Both the position numbers and the translations under genes were made by a program. The notes under the pieces were generated by a model. That model saw only the letters and a program-made list of their open reading frames with translations, made no database searches and was not told where the DNA came from. From NCBI GenBank assembly GCA_963749655.1, contig CAVVOB010000030.1:256001-320000 (forward strand): a DNA stretch of 64,000 nucleotides. Reading direction: 5' to 3'. Position 1 is the first letter of the stretch, and each line of letters begins with the position of its first letter. Origin of the DNA: Nitrospirota bacterium. GTDB taxonomy: Bacteria; Nitrospirota; UBA9217. Positions 27,389-38,290 of this stretch are shown here, in pieces.

Positions 27389-28828
27389 ATGAAGAAAAAA
27401 ATCCTGATGGGCTTCGGGCTGCTTCTCGCCATATTTCTCGGCGGAAGTATCATCGCCGTGATTTACATAACGAAGACGTCACAACGCATGGACAAGCTGA
27501 TCATGCTTCACCAGGTGGAAATTCTGCGCGAGGATCTGATCATTCATGTACAGCAGGTCCAGGCCCATATCTACCGGAGCAAGATCAGAAACGGCGGGGA
27601 TGCGGACGTGCTGATCGCACAGGTGCAGGAGATGGATCGCGTCATGGACTCCTGCGTGGGATGTCACCATTCTCCGGAACTGGCGCAGGGGCTGCTCGGC
27701 ATGCAAGACATGGCGAATGATTATAAGGGTGCGATCAGCCGGCTTCTCACGGCATCGGCGAATCCCCAGCGGATACTGGCGCTCGAACGTCGCGCACAGG
27801 ATCTGGGACAGGAGCTGATAACCATGACGCAGGGCATGGCCTTTACTGCCAATATGCGTCTTCAGCAGAAGACCCAGGAAACCATGGCCACCATCCGGGA
27901 AGTTCGTACAACGCTGTACGTCACTCTTCTGCTGGGGTTTGTGCTGGCGGTTCTTATCGCCTATTTCCTGGCAAGAAGCCTGGATCAACGCTTGAAAAAG
28001 CTCATGGAGGCAACCCGACGGATTGCCCGTGGCGAGCTGCAGCATCGGGTCGACATCGATGACAGCCCGGGAGGAGAGTTCGCTGAGCTGGCTGCATCGT
28101 TCAATACGATGACGCAAAACCTGCACCTTTCCCAGCGGCAGCTCGTGCAGAGCGCCAAACTGGCTGCAATAGGCGAACTTGCCACCAATGTCGCCTATGA
28201 AGTCAACAGCCCGCTGACCGGCATATTGGGGTACGCCGGTCTTTTGCTCAAGGCGGATGATATCCCTGATGAAAAGAAGGAACAATTGAGAACGATCGAG
28301 CGGGAAACCCTGAAGGCGAGGGAAACCCTGAAGCACCTGCTGGATTTTTCCCGAAGAAAACCCCCGCGGCTCGTTAACACTAATCTTTCAGCCCTCATCC
28401 AGGACGTTCTCGTCCTGGTCCGGGGACAGGCAAGAATGGGCAGCGTCGAGATCGTGCAGGACTGTTCGATCGGCCTGACGCAGATTGCCATTGACCCCGA
28501 TGAAATGAAACAGGTATTCGTGAATTTGATCAACAATGCTTTTTTTGCCATGCCGAAGGGAGGAAGGCTCTCAATCCGGTGCAGACAGGAGAGGGACCGG
28601 CTGGCCAAGGATGTCGTTGTCGTAGAGGTGACCGATACGGGTAATGGAATTCCGGAAGATCATATGGACAAGATATTTGATCCTTTTTTTACAACGCGCG
28701 CCGACAGCGGGGGAACGGGATTGGGGCTGTCGATAAGCTATATGATTGTCCAGAACCATGGTGGACGAATCGATGTGGAAAGCAAGTTAGGCCAGGGCTC
28801 GACGTTTCGGGTCATACTGCCGGTTTAA
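27389..28828 (+). CDS. membrane HAMP histidine-kinase-like protein with periplasmic CxxCH and His->Tyr H-box
   Basis: CVGCH at 27653-27667 between two TM helices; H-box reads AYEVNSPL; N/G1/F/G2 boxes intact. Confidence 0.88.
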   Translation: MKKKILMGFGLLLAIFLGGSIIAVIYITKTSQRMDKLIMLHQVEILREDLIIHVQQVQAHIYRSKIRNGGDADVLIAQVQEMDRVMDSCVGCHHSPELAQGLLGMQDMANDYKGAISRLLTASANPQRILALERRAQDLGQELITMTQGMAFTANMRLQQKTQETMATIREVRTTLYVTLLLGFVLAVLIAYFLARSLDQRLKKLMEATRRIARGELQHRVDIDDSPGGEFAELAASFNTMTQNLHLSQRQLVQSAKLAAIGELATNVAYEVNSPLTGILGYAGLLLKADDIPDEKKEQLRTIERETLKARETLKHLLDFSRRKPPRLVNTNLSALIQDVLVLVRGQARMGSVEIVQDCSIGLTQIAIDPDEMKQVFVNLINNAFFAMPKGGRLSIRCRQERDRLAKDVVVVEVTDTGNGIPEDHMDKIFDPFFTTRADSGGTGLGLSISYMIVQNHGGRIDVESKLGQGSTFRVILPV

Positions 28829-28932
28829 TGGACGGTCGCGCAAAAGGGCAGGGAAGAGTGCCGTTGTACGCTTTTTCAGGTGCATCCCTTCCCCCTGTCC
28901 GATCTTCGGGACCAGGATGAGGAGCTGAGAAG

Positions 28933-30461
28933 ATGGCTGGAGAAAAGATTCTCGTCGTCGATGACGAGGAAATGATCAGAGATCTTTGTTATCATATCCT
29001 GACGGCTGAGGGATACCAGGTGACTACGGTGGCCAACGGCGATGCGGCGCTGGAAGAGCTGTCCCGTTCAGCCGTGGATCTGATGATCACGGACATCAAG
29101 ATGCCGGGAATCGACGGACTCGAGCTCTTCGAGCGGGTGAAGGAGCAGAACCAGGACCTGGTAACGATTTTTATCACCGGCCATGGCACACTCGATACGG
29201 CGATCGAGTCGCTCATGCGCGGCGTTGACGGGTTCGTCCTCAAACCCTTTACCCAGGAGGAATTGCTCGGCGCGGTTGACCGTGCCATCAGCCGGAGCAG
29301 GCTCAAGAAGGAGAACATCAGGCTCAAGGCCTTGATCCCGCTGTTCGAGATCAGCAAGCTGCTGGTGACCGAGATCGATCTCGCGCATTTGTTCAAGATC
29401 ATCACCGAGGTGCTGGTGCAGGAATTCTCCGTGGACCGCGTCTCGCTTATGCTCATGGATGAGGCCAGCGGTACCCTCCTGATCCGCGCGTCCCACGGTC
29501 TGCCGACGGAGACGGCCTTGAAAGCCCGCCGCAGGATGGGCGAGGGCGTTGCCGGACTGGTGCTGAAATACAGAAAGCCGCTCATCATCTCGGCGGGAAA
29601 GCATCCGGACCAGGAGGTGATGGACGTGATCAATCTTGAGAACATGCCGGCATCATCGATGTCGGTTCCGCTCATCGGCAAGAATAAGATTTTCGGCGTG
29701 CTGAACGTGAGCAAATTGTCCGGCCCCCCCTTTACCACGAGCGACCTCCAGGTCGTCCTGATCCTCTCGAGCCAGGTGGTCACGGCCATGGAGAACGCGT
29801 CGTTGTATGAAGACCTGCGCGAGAATTACTTCCGGACCGTACAGGCTCTCGTGGCGGCCGTCGAGGCTAAAGACCCTTATACCCGCTGGCACTCCACCAA
29901 TGTCGCGAAATATGCAGTGGCGATCGCGACGGGATCATCGGCATGAGTCCGTCCCAGCTCGAAGAGATCCACATCGCATCCATTCTCCATGATGTCGGCA
30001 AGATCGGCATCAGCGAGCTCATCATCAGCAAGCCGGAGCGCCTGAGCAGGGAGGAATTCGACATTATGAAGGACCATCCGGCCCATGGTATCAGGATCCT
30101 TGAGCCGATCGGATTTTCTCCCTCCATTACGAGCGCCATTTATCAGCACCACGAGCGCTGGGACGGGAAAGGTTACCCCCGGGGGCTGTCCGGAGAACAG
30201 ATTACGCTTTCCGCCCGCATCCTGAATGTCGCCGATACCGTCGATGCCATGGTGTCCGAGCGTCCCTACCGCGGTACGATATCGAGCCAGCAGGTTCTCC
30301 TGGAGCTGGAGCGGGAGGCGGGACACCAGTTTGATCCGCAGGTTGCCGCATCCGCACGGCGTCTGATTGAAAAGGGCCTGCTCAAACTCGGCATGCATTC
30401 CTACTACCAGTATGCCGCTGCAGCGGATAAAATCGAGAAAAACAGCAAAGAAGCTCTCTAG
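28933..30461 (+). CDS. response regulator REC-GAF-HD-GYP (putative c-di-GMP phosphodiesterase); frameshift near 29930
   Basis: ILVVDDE, TDIKMPG, KPF; KDPYTRWHS continues in the next frame as HDVGKIG, HHERWDGKGYP, DAMVSERPYR. Confidence 0.88.
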
Positions 30462-30532
30462 CGGCCCGGAGCGTGATTCGCAGCCGCCGTCAGGCGGGGA
30501 GAGTACGTGCCTTGCGAAATGACAGCGAAAAA

Positions 30533-32126
30533 ATGAAAGCAGCGCGCCAGAGAGACATATCCCGGAACGAGGGACGTGATGACATGCTGCACCACCTCGG
30601 CAGTCTCGTGGACAGCGTTACCACGGGGATCATTTCTCTCGATGGCGAAGGACAGGATCCGCGTGTTCAACACTGCTGCCGAAACCTGGTTCGGCCTGCC
30701 GCGGGTCATGGTGATCGGAAGGCACATGGATGAAATCGGCAGGATCATGGGCTTTGACGATCATTCGCTCCGGGCGCTGTGGGAGAGGCTTTCCGACGCT
30801 GTCTGGGCTGCAGGCGCAGCGGTTGATCTCGAGTATGACCTCGTGCTGCAAAGGGGCCGGCGACGGACCATGAGCTACAGTGTCTATCCTCTCGGCCGGA
30901 CGGCGTGGTCGGTCGGCAACGGCGTCGTGATCATGCTGGAGGACATCACTCGAAAAAAGGAAATGGAGGAGCAGATTTCGGACGCCCGCAAGAGGCTGCT
31001 TGCCGTGTTCGACGGGATCACTGATGGAATACAGGTCATTGACGCAGACTTCCGGATCACTGCGGTAAACAAGTCTATGCGAACGCTTCTTGCCAGGAAC
31101 ATCAAGGTCGGATCGCTCTGCTACGAGGCGTGTTCCTTTGGTTCGACGATTTGTATCGACTGCCCGGCCGAGGAGACCTTTCGGACGGGACAGCCTGCGT
31201 CGCTTACAAAAAAGATCATCGATACTGCGGCCGGTCCTGATGAGCGCGTTGTGGAGATCAGCACTTTTCCGCTTCTGGACCGGGTCAATCGTGTCGTCCA
31301 GGTCGTGGAATATATCAAGGAAGTCACCGAAAAGGCGAGGCTCGCAGAACGGCTGGAACATTCCCGCAGGCTTGCCGAACTCGGTGAAATGGCGGCCCGC
31401 GTAGCCCATGAAGTGCGGAATCCGCTGAATGCAATTACCGGAGCCGCGCATTATCTTTCCACCGAACATGCCGACAATGAGACGCTCGTAAAGTTCACCG
31501 ATCTTATCAAGCGGCAGGCGACCAGGGTCAATCAGGTGGCATCGGACCTCCTGTATGTCTCCAAGCCCCTGCGGACCCGGCTTACGCCGGTGCAGGTGAA
31601 CGCCGTAATTGACCAGGTGCTCGATTCCCTCTGCGAGCAGCTCCACGATCAACGGATAGAAGTTGTCCAGTCACCTGCGCCGGACATCCCCCCGATCTTT
31701 GCCGATGAGCTCCAGATAGAACAGGCTGTTCAGAACATTCTCCGGAACGCAGTCGAGGCCATGTCCGGCGGCGGTACGCTCCGGATATCCACCGCGTTGA
31801 CGGCAGGGCGCTCCGTCGTGGAAATCATCATGGAGGACACGGGACAGGGCATTCCGGAACAGGACCGTGAACGGATATTTCAGTCCTTTTTTACCACAAA
31901 GATCAAGGGGACCGGTCTTGGATTGACCATCGTGCAGCGCGTTCTCAAGAACCACGGCGGCGAGATTGTAATGGAGCATCCGGCAGGCGGCGGCACCCGG
32001 GTGGTGGTCAGGCTCCCGGTGAAGGGCGGTCCGCAGGTTCCGGGCCCTGAGTGCGGAGATGAGCGGGGCGGAACGGCAATCAATGCTCCGTCTGCGACAG
32101 CCCCTGCGCCGAAGCAGAAGTCATGA
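30533..32126 (+). CDS. cytoplasmic PAS-PAS histidine kinase; frameshift near 30652; start uncertain
   Basis: PAS start [16 protein letters not shown] in one frame joins [10 protein letters not shown] in the next; [19 protein letters not shown]. Confidence 0.85.
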
Positions 32127-33529
32127 AAGGTTCCCTTTTGATAGTCGATGATGAGCCGGACATCCTGCTCGTCATGTCGGCAAATCTTGAAAAAGAGGGC
32201 TACGAGGTCGAAACCGCGCAAGACGGAGTCGAGGCACTGCGTAAGCTGGAAGGCAGGGATTTTGATGTGATCATCGTCGATCACCGGATGCCCCGCCTTA
32301 CCGGCATGGAGTTTCTCGGACGCCTGCGGAACGGCTACCTTTCCGGTCCCGACAGGAACGACATCCCGGTCATCGTTGTTTCCGCCTATGGTACCATCGA
32401 GATGGCGGTCAAGGCCATGAAGGACGGCGCCTACAGTTATCTTACCAAACCGATCCAATACGAGGACCTGAGCCTGCAGGTCAAGAATGCCGTCGAGCGC
32501 CGCTCTCTCTCCCGCGAAGTGCTGAATCTTCGCCAGGAAGTCGAGGAGCGGTACCAGTTCGGGAACATCCTCGGAAGAAATCCTCAGATGCAGGAGGTGT
32601 TCCACCTCATCCGCACCGTAGCAGAAACCGATGCCACGGTCCTGGTCCACGGCGAGAGCGGAACGGGTAAGGAACTCATCGCCCGCGCCATTCATTACAA
32701 CAGCCGGCGAAAGGACCGCCCCTTCGTGGTTGTGAGTTGTTCCGCCCTTCCTGAAACGCTCCTTGAGAGCGAGCTTTTCGGGCATGAGAAGGGGGCGTTC
32801 ACCGGGGCGATCCGGCAGCGCATCGGCAGGTTCGAGATGGCCGACGGCGGGACGGTGTTCCTTGATGAGATCGGCGAGATGTCCATGTCGGTCCAGCTGA
32901 AGCTCCTGCGCGTGCTCCAGGAACGTGAATTCGAACGGGTCGGCGGGAATAAAACGGTCAAGGTCGACGTCCGGGTCATCGCAGCCACGCACAAGGATCT
33001 TCATCAGGCCATGCGGGAACGGCTGTTCCGTGAGGACCTGTTCTACCGGCTCAACGTGGTTCCTATAAAACTTCCGCCTCTCCGCGAGCGGCTGGACGAT
33101 GTTCCCCTGCTGGCAGCCCATTTTCTGCGAAAATACAGCGATAAGAATCAGAAGACGATCACTTCGATTTCACCGGAGGCCCTCGCTGCGCTCATGCGGT
33201 ACTCTTATCCCGGGAACGTCCGTGAATTGGAGAATATCATTGAACGCGCGGTGATCATGGGAAAGGGTGATTCGCTCAGCGGCGTCGCTCTGAAGCGCAG
33301 CGGCGCCGGCGGGGATTTTGCTATGCCGTTGCGGATGGGAAACGATATTCAGCCGTTCAGGAAGACGAAGACCGATATCGTGGAGCGGTTCGAGAAGGAG
33401 TATTTTTCCCGGCTCCTGCGGATGTACCGCGGCAACATGAGCCGTGCGGCCGAGCATGCAGGCATGAACATCAAGAACCTGCATGAAAAAATGGCGCGGT
33501 ACGGGTTGAAGAAGGAAGATTTCAAGTAG
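32123..33529 (+). CDS. sigma54-dependent NtrC-family response regulator
   Basis: REC domain; [37 protein letters not shown]; Fis-type HTH. Confidence 0.95.
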   Translation: MKGSLLIVDDEPDILLVMSANLEKEGYEVETAQDGVEALRKLEGRDFDVIIVDHRMPRLTGMEFLGRLRNGYLSGPDRNDIPVIVVSAYGTIEMAVKAMKDGAYSYLTKPIQYEDLSLQVKNAVERRSLSREVLNLRQEVEERYQFGNILGRNPQMQEVFHLIRTVAETDATVLVHGESGTGKELIARAIHYNSRRKDRPFVVVSCSALPETLLESELFGHEKGAFTGAIRQRIGRFEMADGGTVFLDEIGEMSMSVQLKLLRVLQEREFERVGGNKTVKVDVRVIAATHKDLHQAMRERLFREDLFYRLNVVPIKLPPLRERLDDVPLLAAHFLRKYSDKNQKTITSISPEALAALMRYSYPGNVRELENIIERAVIMGKGDSLSGVALKRSGAGGDFAMPLRMGNDIQPFRKTKTDIVERFEKEYFSRLLRMYRGNMSRAAEHAGMNIKNLHEKMARYGLKKEDFK

Positions 33530-33610
33530 CCAGGCGGCCGGCGGTGCGATTTCGGGAGTGAGCTCATTCCCGGTGTATGCAGGGGCTTCCGGTGCGTCCT
33601 TTTCGCGGTC

Positions 33611-34207
33611 TTACTGTTGTGATGCAGGCAGGCCGCCTGCATCGGTGGGACAGGACGACAGCAGCGGCTGTTTCAATTTTTTTCCGGTGAGGGAAAGCAG
33701 CAGCAGGAACAGGGCCGAGAACCCGAGCGAGTTCAGGATGCGGTTCTCCCTGCCCAGCAGGTTCATCAGAACCATGACCGGAAAACCAGCCGTCATCAGC
33801 ACCCACCCTTCACGATAGCCGAAGCAGTACGCTTCCTTCCCCACCATGCCGCCCGCGCCTGCGCAGACCATACCGACTCCCGCGATCATGATCAAGCCTG
33901 CATACTGCTCGGGCGCGATAAGGGAGCCTGAGACCTGAAGGCCCAGTCCGGCAAGGACGGATCCGAGAATGAAGCCTTTCATCCATCCACGCCGGATCAG
34001 GAGGGAGAGGGCGGACAGCAATACTCCGGCTTCGAACAGCATGATGCCTGCGGTATAAAAGGGGCTTTCAAGCGGATACAATACCGCTGTCGCCCCTGCG
34101 CCCAGTACCTGAACAACCAGGCCGGCACGGTAGGAGACATCTTGACGGCGTCCATGGGTCAAGCCTGACACTGCAATGTGTTGTTCCAGAGTTGGGGGTG
34201 CTGACAT
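33611..34207 (-). CDS. integral membrane protein, DUF2301-like
   Basis: Multiple TM helices; KEAYCF motif recalled for this family. Confidence 0.65.
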   Translation of the reverse strand: MSAPPTLEQHIAVSGLTHGRRQDVSYRAGLVVQVLGAGATAVLYPLESPFYTAGIMLFEAGVLLSALSLLIRRGWMKGFILGSVLAGLGLQVSGSLIAPEQYAGLIMIAGVGMVCAGAGGMVGKEAYCFGYREGWVLMTAGFPVMVLMNLLGRENRILNSLGFSALFLLLLSLTGKKLKQPLLSSCPTDAGGLPASQQ

Positions 34208-34213
34208 GGGAGC

Positions 34214-34242
34214 CTTATATCATGAGGGATCCAATTTTGCAA
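34214..34242 (-). promoter_or_regulatory. sigma70 promoter, probably leaderless transcript
   Basis: Minus strand TTGCAA-17-TATAAG (extended TG), 6 nt, then ATG 34207; no SD. Confidence 0.55.
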
Positions 34243-34383
34243 GGGTAAAACCCAAAAGGTCTATAACGTTGTGGCAAAATCACCTGTGACAACGGCCACA
34301 CTGACTTTTTAATAGTTTCAATAGGAAGCAACTTTTTGGAGTCCTTGGCCATCTAAGAAGGCAATCCCCAGGGTAGAAAACTC

Positions 34384-34412
34384 TTGACTTAAGTATGTGA
34401 CTTTGTTATAGT
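34384..34412 (+). promoter_or_regulatory. sigma70 promoter upstream of porin
   Basis: TTGACT-17-TATAGT with extended -10 TG. Confidence 0.65.
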
Positions 34413-34850
34413 CCGCAATAAGTTTTTCCTGGAACTTACGTTTCAAACGCATTCCGAAGCTTTCCTGTAATTGCACAACGACGTGGCAGTTTGTAATAGT
34501 GGCAGTTTCGCGCGGCTCATACTAGCAATGATCACCACTAGCAGACCAACATATCGTCAGCATTCCCGCATTCCCTTTGATCGTTCCGGCACGATAAAAG
34601 GGCATTTCACCGGAAGTGAATTCTCGGCAGTAAAAATAGAAATTGATATCTCTTCGCTATGTAAAGTTGAGGCTCAACATCCTTGGTTACATGGAAACGC
34701 ACTCGATCTTTTATAAGGAAAGGGGGGGTGGGTAACTCATATAATACTTGCTTCAAAGTCCTGATTCAGCACCGTTTTGAGTACTATCATGAGGTTTCAG
34801 CACGTTCCGAGCAGAATTCGGAACAAAATCTAGCATAGGGAGGATAAACA

Positions 34851-36194
34851 ATGAAGAAGTTTTTTGTCTTGTTCGTAGTTGTGGCAATGACCTGCTTCAG
34901 CGCCATGGCCTTTGCCGCAGACGTGACCGTAGGCGGAAGCCTGGAAGTCCGGAGCAGGAACTTCAGCAATCTTGACCTGTTCAAATCCACGGACAGCAGC
35001 AGCGACGTACAGCGCGACACGCAGCAGCGGATTCGCCTGGATGTGGCAGCAAAGGCAGGCGACGATGTAAAAGGCAAGATCCAGATCGAGCAGGACTTCG
35101 GATCCGGCGGTCAGGATTGGGGTACCTGCAACGGCGGCGCTTGCCTCCCCTCCGCTGCATATGGTAATACCGGTACTGCCAACGGCACGGCCATCGGTTT
35201 CCGTGAAGCCTGGATCAGCTTCAACGTTCCTGGTGTTCCGGTGAACGTGACGGCAGGTCATCAGCTCCTGATGCTCGGCGAAGGCGGATTCTTCCGCTCC
35301 ATGCATTATGGTTCCGATGCCTGGGTCGTTGCCAACGTGACCGGCAACAACACGCTCGCTTTCGTTGACTGGAAAGTCATGGAAGGCGCGGTCAACCGCT
35401 CCGATGATATCGATGCTTATGTGCTCCTCGATGTTTACAAGATCGACGACAAGAACACCGTCGGCATCAACATCACCCAGCTCAATGACCCCTATGCTTC
35501 GATCTCCAGCGCAACGGGATGGATGGGTTCGACGAGCAATCTCTTCAAGAAAATCGAGCTCACGAACTATGAATTGACCTACGGCGGCGCACTCGGCCCG
35601 GTGAATCTCAAGGCCGAGGTCGACTTCCAGCAGGGCAAGGCAACAGCCTCGACCTCAACAGGCAAGGACGTAAAATTCAAGGGCAACCTGATCCTGGTTA
35701 AGGGTAATTTGCCCGTGGATCCGTTGACCATCAACTTCACGCTCGCCCGCGGATCGGGCAACAAGAATGCCGACGTAACGGACGGCAACCAGTTCGTGAA
35801 TGCTCTTGATGTCGATCCTCACTACACCTTCCTGTATGAGTATAAGCTCACGCAGAAGAATGCCGCCAACTACATTGCCGGCACCACCTCTTCCAAGAAC
35901 ATGGGCTTTGCTAATACCACGGCTCTCAACATCGGTGCTACCTTTGCCGCTATGAAGAACCTGAACATCGGCGCCAACCTCTGGTTCCTGCAGGCAACCG
36001 AGAAAGTGGCTGATGTAAAGAACGGCGGCACTGCCAAGACCAACGAGCTCGGCAACGAAATCGATGTTAACATCGCCTGGAAGCTCTATGACAACCTGAC
36101 TTGGAACTGGGACCTCGGCTACTTCATGCCCGGCAAGGGCATGGGTAAGGATGCCGCAACCGGTATTCAGGGCGTTCTCGCCTTCAAGTTCTAA
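34851..36194 (+). CDS. outer membrane beta-barrel porin (alginate-export/OmpJ-like)
   Basis: Sec signal AMAFA-A, amphipathic strands, C-terminal Phe, SD GGAGG, own terminator. Confidence 0.85.
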   Translation: MKKFFVLFVVVAMTCFSAMAFAADVTVGGSLEVRSRNFSNLDLFKSTDSSSDVQRDTQQRIRLDVAAKAGDDVKGKIQIEQDFGSGGQDWGTCNGGACLPSAAYGNTGTANGTAIGFREAWISFNVPGVPVNVTAGHQLLMLGEGGFFRSMHYGSDAWVVANVTGNNTLAFVDWKVMEGAVNRSDDIDAYVLLDVYKIDDKNTVGINITQLNDPYASISSATGWMGSTSNLFKKIELTNYELTYGGALGPVNLKAEVDFQQGKATASTSTGKDVKFKGNLILVKGNLPVDPLTINFTLARGSGNKNADVTDGNQFVNALDVDPHYTFLYEYKLTQKNAANYIAGTTSSKNMGFANTTALNIGATFAAMKNLNIGANLWFLQATEKVADVKNGGTAKTNELGNEIDVNIAWKLYDNLTWNWDLGYFMPGKGMGKDAATGIQGVLAFKF

Positions 36195-36232
36195 TTCGTG
36201 CGCGCCATATCGGCGCTCATGACGCAGTATTT

Positions 36233-36266
36233 AAAGCCCGGGGGAGAAATCCTCCGGGCTTTTTTT
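36233..36266 (+). terminator. intrinsic terminator after porin
   Basis: AAAGCCCGGGGGA-GAAA-TCCTCCGGGC plus T7. Confidence 0.9.
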
Positions 36267-36686
36267 GAGCGTTTTACGGAAGATCAGCAGAATTTTCCGA
36301 GCACTATCGGCATGTCTAACCACAAACGCCCGATATGTTCCCGCTGATGAAGCCCCCTTTGAGGGAGCTGCCGTGCAGTTTGCTGCCTCATTTAAAGAGC
36401 CGGTCAGTCGGGTCGGGAGGAGATCCACCAAGACTTTGTCTTCACGTTTCTCCGGGTAAATGTCAGTGCTGCCTTGTTTTTTCCCGCCTCGGTGTCTGTT
36501 CTATATCTCCCTGATTATGACTCTTATTGATCAAAAAATGCATCGCAACCGGCAGGAAAGGTCTTGTTCGGTGAAATATTGTGTGATAATATGCAGCGCG
36601 TCTGTCAGGGCTCTCATTGGTTAAATTGGACGAAAGATGTTTGAGCAAAGCACTGCATCACGGTACTCAGTTTTTGGGGAGAGAAA

Positions 36687-37067
36687 ATGGAGCAGAATCG
36701 CAATGGAGCAACGATTCTCGTCGTGGATGACGAGCAGCCGGTAGCCGAGCTCACCCGGGATATCCTCCTTCGCTTCGGCTATAAGGTAATAATCTCGAAC
36801 AGCGGAGAGGATGCTCTTGCACTGTATAAGCGGCAATCAGCCGAGATAGGAATGGTCCTGCTCGATATGGTCATGCCCGGTATGGCGGGCGCGGAGATCT
36901 ACCGCAGCCTGCGCGCAATAAACCCTGTGGTCAAAGTGCTCCTTGCCAGCGGGTATAGCCAGGACCGTGATGCGGAAGGGCTGTTGACCGAAGGCGCCGC
37001 AGGCTTTATCCAGAAGCCATACCGGATCAATGATCTGATAAAGGCGATAAACAAGGTCGGTTGCTGA
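36687..37067 (+). CDS. single-domain response regulator
   Basis: ILVVDDE, LLDMVMPG, ASGY, KPY. Confidence 0.9.
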   Translation: MEQNRNGATILVVDDEQPVAELTRDILLRFGYKVIISNSGEDALALYKRQSAEIGMVLLDMVMPGMAGAEIYRSLRAINPVVKVLLASGYSQDRDAEGLLTEGAAGFIQKPYRINDLIKAINKVGC

Positions 37068-37321
37068 AACCTTCAGCGAGACTAAACAACGGCAGGGGCG
37101 GACTTTATGGACGCTGCCGGCTGATGGCTGTCGCTTCTCTTCCTGATTTCAGCAGTCCTCGTCCTTCAGCCGCATGCCGAACCGCCTGGGCAGGGGACTT
37201 TGAAATGTCCTTCCCCACGATTGCAGAAAAAAATAAAAAAACTCCCAGGCCCGGCAAATTTTCTACCGATCCCTGAGAGCGTGACACTATCTCTCTGCTT
37301 GAAAAGAATATGACCTGAAGT

Positions 37322-38176
37322 CTACTTCGGATTCTGCAGCCTGGCAGCCTTGACGACATGCTTGAGAAGAACCCGCGTCGTGACGGTGCCTACACCGCCG
37401 GGAACGGGCGTGATCGCACCGGCGACCTCCTTGGCCGGTTCGGTGTCCACATCGCCGAAGAGCTTGTCTCCCTCCACATTAATTCCCACGTCCATGACCG
37501 TAGCGCCGTTCTTGATGTAATCCGTCGTGATCATCTTCGCCTTTCCGATCGCAGCGACAAGAATGTCGGCGCGGCGGCAAGCACCGGGCAGGTCCTTGGT
37601 CCGGGAATGGCAGACCGTGACCGTTGCGTTCTCGCCGAGGAGCAGCATGGACATGGGTTTGCCCACGACCATCGAACGGCCGATCACGACGGCTTCCTTT
37701 CCGCTCATCGGAATCTGATAGAAACGAAGGATTTCCATGACCGCCTGCGGTGTTGCCGGCGGGAAGCCGGTCATATCTCCAGCCATGATCTTGCCGGCAT
37801 TCACGGGATTAAAGCAGTCTACGTCCTTTTCCGGTGAAAGGATGTACTTCACAACGTCCTCGCTGATCTGCTTGGGGAACGGCCGCATCACGATGATGCC
37901 GTGAATGTTCTTGTCCGCGTTACGCTGCTTAAGGACGTTCACAAAATCGTCCTGGCTCGTGGTCCCCGGCAGTTGCTCGATATCGCAGCCGATGCCGTTC
38001 TTTTCAGCCATCTTTTTTGCGCTGTTCGCATAGGCCAGCGAATCAGCGGCCTCTCCCACGATCATGATCTTGAGCGTGGGGTTGACGCCCTTTGTCTTGA
38101 GTTCCAGGACTTCTTTCTGAATGTCCTGGTCCATCTTCTGCGCCACTTCTTTTCCCGTCAGTAGTTTAGCCGGCAT
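37322..38176 (-). CDS. folD: methylenetetrahydrofolate dehydrogenase FolD (probably monofunctional)
   Basis: KDVD, GRSMVVGKP, DVGIN, ITPVPGGVG. Confidence 0.95.
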   Translation of the reverse strand: MPAKLLTGKEVAQKMDQDIQKEVLELKTKGVNPTLKIMIVGEAADSLAYANSAKKMAEKNGIGCDIEQLPGTTSQDDFVNVLKQRNADKNIHGIIVMRPFPKQISEDVVKYILSPEKDVDCFNPVNAGKIMAGDMTGFPPATPQAVMEILRFYQIPMSGKEAVVIGRSMVVGKPMSMLLLGENATVTVCHSRTKDLPGACRRADILVAAIGKAKMITTDYIKNGATVMDVGINVEGDKLFGDVDTEPAKEVAGAITPVPGGVGTVTTRVLLKHVVKAARLQNPK

Positions 38177-38205
38177 GGTGGGCTCCTTTTCAATAACTTA
38201 TTTTT

Positions 38206-38284
38206 GCATAGGGCAGAGAGCAAAGGGCAGAGAGAAACGACAAGTTCCATTAGAGAACAGTGCCCCATGCGCTATGCTCCATGC
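38206..38284. repeat. heptamer tandem repeats in inverted arrangement
   Basis: GCATAGG GCAGAGA GCAAAGG GCAGAGA ... TGCCCCA TGCGCTA TGCTCCA TGC between fchA and folD. Confidence 0.75.
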
Positions 38285-38290
38285 CGAATC

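Noticed and set aside
29940-29946. Selenocysteine or readthrough at the TGA splitting the HD-GYP gene
   Set aside because: The continuation is in a different frame, so readthrough would not restore it.
34471-34716. 81-aa ORF in the porin leader
   Set aside because: TTG start without SD and atypical composition; more consistent with non-coding regulatory sequence.
34210-34850. sigma54 -24/-12 promoter for the porin
   Set aside because: Several TGGCA starts but none has TGC at the required spacing.
36265-37359. Short ORFs flanking the single-domain regulator (36265-36459, 36463-36648, 37061-37276, 37105-37359)
   Set aside because: No SD, motif or typical codon pattern; treated as intergenic.
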